The notes beneath the pieces were generated by a model, which was not told where the DNA came from, did not search any database, and saw only the letters and a program-made list of their open reading frames with translations. A stretch of 64,000 nucleotides of DNA from Eledone cirrhosa (Eukaryota), in assembly GCA_964016885.1 (NCBI GenBank), contig OZ024743.1:359972001-360036000 (forward strand). The letters run 5' to 3'. This document shows positions 54,090 to 64,000 of this stretch, one piece after another. A program made the position numbers and the translations under genes. The first letter of the stretch is position 1. Every line of letters starts with the position of its first letter.

Positions 54090-57000
54090 TTGGCCTCTCA
54101 AATTCGTTGGATTTTCTAATTGGATTTTCACCCCGAAACTGGATACCAACCCGGAGTATACCTGAACTTCCACCAGGAAATCTTTCGTATCATTGAAATT
54201 TTCTTTGCTTCTTGCATTTAAATATTCCACGACTCTCTATTACTTTTCCACTACTACAATCTTCTTACACCGCCTTCTTCTTTTCACCAGTCTATTGTTC
54301 ACTCCTACACTACTACATTCAATATGCCCAATCTCAAATCTTTTCTTCCCCAGCTTCATTCCACTCTCAAGCGCTTCTTCCAACCTATATGCATCCAATC
54401 TTCCCTGCATCTTCAACAAAACACGGTATAATATTCTCATTACCTTCTTAAGTCGCTGTCTTCACCACCACCTCATCCCCGAGGTTTGGCCTCAAGTTCC
54501 ACACCACCTCTTACTCTGCACCCACCACTGAGTCCATCCTTACCCGGTCCTCTCGCCAGCTCATGCGGGCGACTATTCGATCAACTCTCGCTCAAATCCG
54601 TTCTCTCGACTGATATCTCCCAAAGGCCTACCTCCATCTCTCCTCCACTTGCTATCCTTTCCTCGCACAATCCCTTATCCAATTCATCCGTTACCTCAAT
54701 CGCCTCCTTTTCAATTTCCTCACTTCAATAAAAAAAACCACAAACTCCACTAACTCCGCTCACCGCCTGCCATCACAACCCATACTCATATCACCTCCAA
54801 CCCTAACCCCTCTATCCCGTGACCTATCACCCCTTTCCTCTCCCCACCACTGAATCTGCAGCCGCTTTGCCCAACCACCTTATCCTCTCCACCTCCGGCC
54901 CTTTCACCCCCTCATGTCCCTGAACTGTAGTCACCATACCCCATGACCTACGACTCTCAGAAGCTGAGCGCTCCCTCCCCTCCCGTGGTTTGCGTTTTAT
55001 ACCAACCACATCTAACTGAGACCAGTTCCACAGACGTGCCGATATTGAAAGGTTCTTCCGTTGATTAAAGCTGAAAGCTTTTTTTCACGACACGCCATCA
55101 TCGACACAGACGGATGTCTTCACTGGTCTCAGTCGCCGGCAATCACATTGGACGCCGAGCTCTGGCCAGTGCAGCACCGTCGATTCTTTTGTCGATACTT
55201 GCCGGCGTACTGTTTACCGGTTCCGTTTCCGCCAGCATTCTCGTCGCTCTAACATCACGCGCGCCGAGTTCTCCTCTCTTCGCAAACTTCGGCGTCGAGA
55301 TAACCCGCTGACAAAGGTGGCACTGTGGTGGTTTAGAGCGTTGACCACTATAGAGCTGAGACTTTCCGCCAGCTTCACAATACCCTATTTTACCGCTCTT
55401 TATCCTCCGACCACACTGCTGGCTACCTCCACCATCCACGAGCTCATCTCCTCCTCTCACCTACTCCCCGCCGCCACCAACCTTATTGTACGCACCGGTC
55501 GCACACCCACCATCTACTTCCTGCCCAAAATACACAAACAAAATAATCCTGGCCGTCCTGTCGCCTCTGCGTTAATCTGCTACCCCTCCCCCCATACCCG
55601 AGATCATTTCTGAATATTTAGACACCACCATCCTCGCCCCCGTTGGTCGTCAATCTCCCCACCCTCACATGCACGATACAATCATGCCATTAGGCTCTTC
55701 AACTCCTTCTTCCACCCACCTGGTGCCTCTCGCTCTCCCTTTATCATGGACATCACCTCCCTCAATACCGGCATACCTCATGATGACGGCCTCCACGCTC
55801 TCCAACATTTTTTTAGACATACGCCCTACCCCTTACCCCAGCACTACCACTCTTCTCCGTGTGGCCGAGCTTGTTCTGGCCCTCAATGGCTTTTCCATTC
55901 GGGTGAATTCTATCAGTATGTCTCTGGAGTAGCGATAGGAACCAGAATGGGTCCAAACTATGCCAACTTGTTTATTGGCTACGTCGAAGCCCAGATGCCC
56001 TCCCAGTATGCTGGACCGACTCCTGAGCTATACGGTCGTTATATCGTTGACTGTATCGGCACCACCTCTCTATCACGAGAACAGCTCGACTGTTTTCTTT
56101 CTTTTGTCCTATATTTCCATCCTGCTCTCACTTTCACCGCCTCAGTCACCGATTCTTCTGTCCCTTTTCTAGATATCTCTCTATCTATTAATCACTCTCA
56201 CCACACCCTTTCTACTTCCATCTTCTATAAACCAACAGACTTCCACTCTTACCCCGACTTCACCTCCTCCCATCCAACCCACACCAAAAACTCCATACCC
56301 TATTCCCAATTCCTACGTCTTCATCGTCTCTGTAGCCAGGACGACGATTTCAAAACCCATTCCCTTCACATGGCTTCCTGCTTCATCTAGCGTGGATAAC
56401 CCCCCACCCTGATCCAAGTTGCCCTCACCCGTGTCCGTGAAACAGACCGTACCACAGCCCTCTCACCCGCACCGTCCACACCCCACGTTCCTTTCCCTCT
56501 CACCTATCACCACATCATCCTACCACTCCGGTGACATATCCTCCGTTCCTTTCGCACCCTCAATTCTGACTCTGTCACTTCTCGCTTTGTTCCAAACCCA
56601 CCCATTACCGCTTTCAAGCGCGCCCGCGGCCTCCGGGATCTCCTGCTACGCAGTTCCTTCTCGTCCTCTTCCACAACTCCACCCGGCTCTCATCCTTATT
56701 CTCGTCCCTGCTGCAACACTTGTCCTTTCATTACCACCCTCACCACTCTTACAGGCCCGAACTGGTCTTTCCATATCCGCCACTCTTTCACCTGTACATC
56801 CACCCACGTTGTCTATGCCCTCCGGTGTTCCCTTTGCGGGTCTTTATACACCGGGCAAACGGGACGCCGTACGGCGGACCGTTTTGCTGAGCATTTGAGG
56901 GACATACTACTCGGATTGGATAGTCCTGTCGCCCGTCATTTCTGTTTCCTGGTCATTCTTCCCTACATGTCTCAGTCCTGGGTGTTCTTTTACATCATGG

Positions 57001-57100
57001 ATGACGGGCGTCGCGCACCAGTACTGTACAGAGTCTGATTCACCGCCTTGGGTCCTCTTGGACTCAACTCACCTCCCCAATTTCTTTAATACCCCGTCCA
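54090..57100 (+). mobile_element. Penelope-like element (Neptune-like), RT + GIY-YIG, frameshifted
   Basis: FLSRCLHHHLIP, YFLPKIHKQNNPGRP, MDITSLNTGIPHDDG, GVAIGTRMGPNYANLFIG, YGRYIVDC, PFLDISL, SIPYSQFLRLHRLCS, PCCNTCPFI, VVYALRCSLCGSLYTGQTGR..DRFAEH. Confidence 0.92.
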
Positions 57101-57754
57101 TTATCACACGCGTTTGTACATTCACCCCTAGATTCCAATTGCACTCTCATGATCATAAATATCTTCTCTTACAACTAATGCAGACCGACAAAATATGCAC
57201 ACTCTACTTTTCCCTTCACTGCTCTGTATACACACATACACACCCTTATATTAACATACTTTTGCTCATAGCTTCGTACTTACATGCACGCACACTCTTT
57301 TACTTACATATACACATACATTTCTTCTTAGCTTTGTACCGCTATAATACCACACACATACAGACACACACATGGTTACGCACGTGCACAAGTATAGCTC
57401 TTTTTACAAAACGTTTTTTTTTTCATTTACGGTAGACGCACTCCATCTACTTTTCTTAAAAAGTAAATCATACACAAAACACGAGCACCAACAGTTTTCC
57501 AAGACATGGCAACATGAATGGACCTGTTATTTTTAACTAAAGACATTTTTCCAATTCCAACCCGCCCGTCCTCTCAATCTATTTTATTTCTAATTCTTTC
57601 TTCTGAAACGGTAAGACCCTCCTCCTGCTATTTCAAGCGTTAACCTAATATATTCCTTCCATATACTGTACCGATTGTTATTTCTGTTTACATTTTACAT
57701 ATATATATATATAATAATATTAATAAATGGGAAATATCTTTATAAAAACATATT

Positions 57755-57815
57755 TATTTTATTATACGTATTTCAAGGGTACTAGTATTTAAGTACGCTT
57801 TCGTCAGATGAACTA
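57755..57815 (-). ncRNA. Minimal hammerhead ribozyme candidate in a pLTR-like piece between TA runs
   Basis: Minus strand: TAGTTCAT-CTGACGA-AAGCGTACT..AGTACCCTT-GAAA-T-ACGT-A-TA-ATAAAATA; core intact, stem I has mismatches. Confidence 0.7.
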
Positions 57816-58085
57816 TAATAATTGGTGTTAAGATAGTGACATATCTTCATGTGAACTTAATTGTATAACATTAAGTTCACATGAAGAGCAATAGGACGTG
57901 AGTGGAAGAGCAATAGGACGTGTGTTTTTTCCTGCCAGCGACATATCAAACATATCGGTTTTTCATCTGATGATATCGTTCTCATAATCAACAGCAAATG
58001 CATGAAGGAGATCTCGATTGCATGGAGAACCGTTAAATAATGATAATGATTAAACGATATATGTAAACTCCACTTCTTATTTTGT

Positions 58086-58465
<380 letters not shown>

Positions 58466-58497
58466 ACAATTCTCTCTACATGACTGAATAAAATAAG

Positions 58498-59155
58498 TGT
58501 AATCTGAGTTTTTCGAATATTGATAATAATATTCAATTCGTTTGCAATTATGCAAACTAGCCTCGTTTTTAAAGCCATGTCAGTAGAATGAGCCCGGCAT
58601 TGTTGCTCTTATTTTGGCATGTAAACAGAACTTCAGACACTAATGTTTCTGGGTATTACCCTTTATCAGTACAATTCACTGTTCACCTGCCAACTGTCAG
58701 AGCTAGTGAAAATATATGATATTTTCTAAAGTATACAGTGACTGATCGGCTGGTTTTACATTTTAGCAGACTGGCTGATCAGACAGATCTGCATATTAGC
58801 AGATCCACTGACTGGCCAGTCTGGTGATATGCAAATCCGGCCGATCAGTGGATCTGCTAATATGAAGATCTGACTGTTCAGCCAGTCTGCTAATATGCCA
58901 ATCAGGCCGATCAATCACTGTATATTTTAGAAAATATATATTTTCACTAGCTCTGACAGTTGGCAGGTGAACAGTGAACTGTGCTGATGAAGGGTAATAC
59001 TCAGAAACATTAGTGTCTGCAGTTCTGTTTACATGACAACACAAGAGCAAGAATGAGGGGCTCATTCTACTGACAAGGCTTTAAAAATGAGGGTTGTTTG
59101 CATAATTGTAAACGAACCGAATATTATTATTAATATTCGAAAAACTCAGATTACA
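58498..59155. repeat. Fold-back element with ~320-bp diverged arms, between TA runs
   Basis: TGTAATCTGAGTTTTTCGAATATT...GCAGATCCACTGA is mirrored; the centre is built from ~33-nt subrepeats. Confidence 0.92.
58976..59025 (+). ncRNA. Hammerhead ribozyme with canonical core and GUC cleavage triplet
   Basis: GAACTGTG-CTGATGA-A-GGGT(AAT)ACTC-A-GAAA-CA-TTAG-TG-TC/TGCAGTTC. Confidence 0.82.
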
Positions 59156-59157
59156 TT

Positions 59158-59192
<35 letters not shown>

Positions 59193-59196
<4 letters not shown>

Positions 59197-60007
59197 AGTT
59201 AATATAAATTAATATATATGATAAACACTAATAGAATATATAAGTGTTTGCATTGTAAATGACCAGGTTAGCTAGATTGAAAACTACTAATTAGATTAAT
59301 TCAGTTTGCCTGTCTCAATTTAAAATAATAAACCAATAAAAACAAACCCATATTTGCAATGGCCGTGGTACTTGGACAATTTTAAACTTCAAAACCCAAA
59401 TAAGTTTCGATAATTGAAAAAGTGAAAAATTCCATCTTCTGCTCTCATCAGCAAGTACCCAGAAAATTGGTATGTTTCAACTCAAAATATTTAGGAGAAC
59501 TGATTGACGCACATGGTTTTTCAGCGTCTAGCTATCTCATACTCGTTCTGCTAGAAATAACAGCCGTTTTTATGGGATTAAAATTAGCTCAACAAAAGGA
59601 GCCGTTATACTATATATAGAGAGTTATAAACTCAAACAGTCTTTTACAATTAATTAGCTCAAAGAAAGAAGTATTTCTGAGCCGTGAATACAAGTTAATA
59701 TAAATTAATATATATGATAAACACTAATAGAATATATAAGTGTTTGCATTGTGAATGACCAGGTTAGCTAGATTGAAAACTACTAATTAGATTAATACAG
59801 TTTGCCTGTCTCGATTTCAAATAATAAATCAATAAAAACAAACCCATATTGGCAATGGCCGTGGTACTTGGACAAATTTAAATTTCAAAATCCAAACCTG
59901 TTCCGTAGATAAGTTTAAACTTCAAAACCCAAATAAGTTTCGATAATTGAAAAAGTGAAAAATTCCATCTTCTGCTCTCATCAGCAAGTACCCAGAAAAT
60001 TGGTATG
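59193..60007. repeat. Local direct duplication (59193-59475 and 59689-60007)
   Basis: TACAAGTTAATATAAATTAAT...AGAAAATTGGTATGT occurs twice; the second copy has a ~36-nt internal addition. Confidence 0.9.
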
Positions 60008-62920
60008 TGTGTGTGTGCGTGTTTGAGTGTGTGTGTGTCTGTGTGTATCTGTTAAATAAGATACGCCTAGCAACTTGTTACCGGCGCTTTTGAAGTAACA
60101 TCTTAAACAATGTTGAATTACATTAAGAACCATGTATACTCTAACTTGCGGCTGTAAATACTTTATAAAGAATAATAAATATAACGGTTTAGCAACATTT
60201 ACTTATTGACACAAAGAGAGAAATTAAATATGGGCGATAATTATGTGTTTACTTAGTTCTTCCTATATAGAATTGCACGGAATTGGTGTATAATTGTAAC
60301 ATTATAACCCAAGCCTCTGCAAATATTTAATTATGTTATAATAGCAAACTGTAGATTACATGATAGAACACACTAACAGGCCAGATCTATTGTTTATCAT
60401 CAGAGTCAACAGAAAAAAAGCATCTCTCCAAACTTGATATTTTTCATGTGAAAGCAATATGAAATTATACAATGCTAAATTGAACACTTTAAGAACTATC
60501 TTATTCAAATCATGTGGAAAATGACGTTTAGAGATGGCGTAACTTTTGAAGTTAAGGAAGGGCAAATATCATCCCATTTTAGATATGACATTCGTAAAGA
60601 GATATCTCATTTCTACATATTACCTTAAGCATTTTGAATATTATTGGAGATTAGTTGAATAAGTAGACATATTACTAGATGAACTGGATCTATCAATCAA
60701 TCACTTGATCTTCAAATGGGATTTTAGATTTGAAAGCAATATTGATTTTACATTTACAAAAAAAAAATGATAATACAAAAGGCAACTGCAACATTCAAAA
60801 TAATTGGAATAGTAACATCAAGTTGCTTTATGTATATATATTTATGTGTGCGCATGTGTGTGTGCATGTGCATGTGTGTGTTGCTAGGGTGATGCGCCAT
60901 CATGTTTAGGTATATCTAGCAGCCATACGTATATGGTTAGATAGTAGCTCTTGAAATGCTATTTTTGTCTCTGAGGGATGGACGTTTATATTATATATCA
61001 GTTTAGTGGCATTTCCAAAGCGTCCAATCAAACAGACATAATTATTCCATTGTCTCACACCGCTTATAGCATTCATGAACATATACTTATACTCCACTTG
61101 GTACGTTTCGTAGAATAAAATTAATAATACGATTAACGTTTCCCATTTATATTTTGAAGCAGCAGCACATATTGGCATGATACCATGCTCTGATAGGATT
61201 TGGTTTAAATATTTGTGAATTGCGCTATTCCTTATCTAATGATATGTCGAAAAAAGTTCGTTTTTACCCTCATAATTTACGTCAAATTTTGTATTGCCTC
61301 TAGGATTGGAACTCTGATGTATTGGTTCTAATATAAATATAAATACTATGAATATTCCATTGCATATACGCAAATGAAATAGTTTTACCCCAAGCAAATA
61401 CATTAAATAGTATATTATGTGTCAATATGCTAGTTTGCAAACTGTGCAGCGTTAACAATCTTCGGATACCAGTTTTAAAAATAGATCTTTCTAACAGCTT
61501 CCAGTGAACTTGAAACGTTCAACAGTGTCTCCCTTTAGTGTAATAGTTTTTCCTAATATACACAATAGAATTTCTCTCTAGTGTAAGAATATTGTGTCTT
61601 TTCTCTTTCTTTTAAATAGCTATAACCTAGAAATAGAAAGTAGGAATTGAAACCTAAATATATTTCTGAGATGCACAGCCAGATGAAGAGAAAGTGATGG
61701 AATTGAATATTAGGAACCTAACCTTTTATTATATTGAAAAAACATCAACTGATAAATTTAGGTAAAATCGGTTACACAATTCCAGGCACCTTATTTATTC
61801 CATTTTCCAAATTCTGACAATTAATCTATTTTCACATCATATGTATACACTGTAACAGTGACAGTGAGATAAAAGGCACAAATATATATGATGTTATTTT
61901 AAATAAACTACACCTAAATACATATCACAAGATTCTTTTCAATTTCTCCAACTTCATAACACTCTTCCAAAACATAATATTAAATAAATTCTTTTTTTTG
62001 CACTTTTAAAGCAGCAGCCTATTATATCAGTTTTAGAAATAACACAAAAGTGATATGGTGGACATTTTCTAACCATAGGATGTCTTTAATACTAATCAAT
62101 ATATCACTTTATATTTACACTTTTATTTATATTGCTTCTTAAAGCCCAGGTTACAAACATTTTACTGAGATGTTTTTTATTCAGTATGGATGGTCATGTA
62201 CGAGTGTTTTATTTTCCAAGGCATGAGTTATTTTCTTTGAAAAATACACTATTTCTCAGCCCGCCTTGTGTAATATAAAATGTATACAACACTATCCTTC
62301 TTGTTATGTCTCATGAATTCTAACATAAATTGGAGTATTACTCTTTGTCAACCCCATGTTTACTCATTATTTTATGGTAGGTTGTTATCAATACAAAATA
62401 AAATCATTCATTACTTTCGATTTAGAGATTTATTGTGGCGGCATTTTGGCTGAAGCTTAATGCTTCTATTGTATAACATTACATATTTATTTGGCCATAA
62501 ACGTATTATTAAATGTCAACGCTTTAGGACAGATAGGTATACATAAAAACATCGCAACAGTTTGCATAAACATTTGTAACTATAGAAATCAGGATAGGAA
62601 AATGTTTTCTCTTTGGAATTTTCATTCTGAATGGCAAAGGCGAAAGATAGACAAATGATTTGGTTACTTTATGTATTGTAAGCATGATAAAACACGGCTG
62701 CCTTAGACGTTAGCTTCCATTTTAAATTCGGCGAATTCAAAAGATGCGTCTACAAAATGCCATCGTTCTACAATCATCATGATTATCACTTCTTTTCATA
62801 ATTGTTAATCGTGAGAAGGGATGTAGGCAAATATCCAAATAGATGTTCATTCCGTCACATAATACACATAACATGAGCTGAAAATCAGTAAATAATATTT
62901 TCATAAATTATTATTACACA

Positions 62921-63110
62921 GGGTGGTGGATTGGCAGTATCGGTAGAGGGTCAGACACCATGCTTTCCAGCATAGTTACGTCCCTTTACGATCTGAGTTC
63001 AAATCCCGCCGAGGTTGACTTTGCCTTTCATCCTTACGAGGTCGATAAAATAAAGTACCAGTAATGCACTGGGATAATTGATGGCCTTGTGCCAAAAGTA
63101 GAAACAATTA
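62921..63110 (+). mobile_element. Full-length tRNA-SINE (first of a tandem pair)
   Basis: GGTGGATTGGCAGTATCGG...GAGTTCAAATCC...GTAGAAACAATT. Confidence 0.92.
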
Positions 63111-63120
63111 TTATTACACA

Positions 63121-63318
63121 GGGCGTGGATTGGCAGTATCGGTAGAGGGTCGGACGCCATGCTTTGCAGCACAGTTACGTCCCTTTACGTCCCTTTACTG
63201 ACTGAGTTCAAATCCCACCGAGGTTAACTTTGCCTTTCAACCTTACGGGGTCGATAATATAAAGTACCAGTAATACACTGGGATAATTGCTGGCCTTGTG
63301 CCAAAAGTAGAAACAATT
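63121..63318 (+). mobile_element. Full-length tRNA-SINE (second of a tandem pair)
   Basis: Same family, with an internal CGTCCCTTTA duplication. Confidence 0.92.
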
Positions 63319-63443
63319 ATTATTACATAGGTTGTCATTCCTTTATTTGTATATGTAATATGTCATGTAATTATATTTCACTGTATAAGAAGGCTGATAG
63401 GAGTAGTATTCAATTTATCTCCGAGCACACACATACATCCACG

Positions 63444-63547
<104 letters not shown>

Positions 63548-64000
63548 AAATATATATATGGACACACACATGCGAATATGCATATATATATGTATAGGTA
63601 TAGGCGAGTAATTTGATAAAACTTTCCAGCAGATACAAAAGCAGGAATTATAATTGCATTACATGTTACTATGGAATCTTATATTTCAAAGAATAGCGGC
63701 AAAGATATATTCCAAGTTTCAGAGCTGTAATTTACAAACTTCATCATGAGAGCTTTATAGATTTCTCTGAATAAATATACAGTGGAAAACATAGACGGAG
63801 TATGACTTACGAAAAATATGATAATGTCCTTCGCCAAGAAAGTAACGACAGAGAGAAAGAAATTTGGAAAAAATGTGAGAGAAGAATTTATAAAAGTAAA
63901 ATCAGCTAGAAAAGAAACATCAAGATGAGAGTGAACATGCTTAAATGCGTCAATGCAGATGGGATGGCTGAGTACCTGGGTCAGAAGTGATGCTAGCATG

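Noticed and set aside
58740-58915. ~33-nt repeats as a CRISPR-like array
   Set aside because: Eukaryotic context, degenerate contiguous subrepeats with no unique spacers, and no cas genes.
63679-63999. 106-aa minus-strand ORF at the window end
   Set aside because: No recognisable motif; probably antisense to a purine-rich decayed repeat and truncated by the window edge.

Overview
AT-rich eukaryotic non-genic or intronic DNA, almost certainly from a coleoid cephalopod (octopus-like). This assignment is inferred from the SINE families and the very dense (TA)n/(CA)n/(CT)n microsatellites. Nearly all ORFs in the track are microsatellite artefacts or decayed transposons. Recognisable content: at least four Penelope-like elements (PLEs) from about three lineages, several R4/Dong-like LINEs, RTE, Tx1/L1 and CR1-like LINE relics, mariner-derived mini-elements, a MITE, a Helitron-like remnant, and about nine tRNA-derived SINEs, several with readable target-site duplications (TSDs). 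The most striking signal is a set of fold-back (inverted-repeat) units embedded in (TA)n tracts. Several carry recognisable minimal type I hammerhead ribozyme (HHR) motifs with palindromic or near-palindromic stem III loops (49134-49204 and its mirror 45143-45213, 58976-59025, 16610-16648, 57755-57815, 42222-42275). These point to an ecosystem of TA-targeting PLE pseudo-LTRs and protein-free HHR hairpin mini-elements. One possible host first coding exon with an N-myristoylation signature lies at 51438-51662. Coordinates were read by eye and may be off by a few bases.
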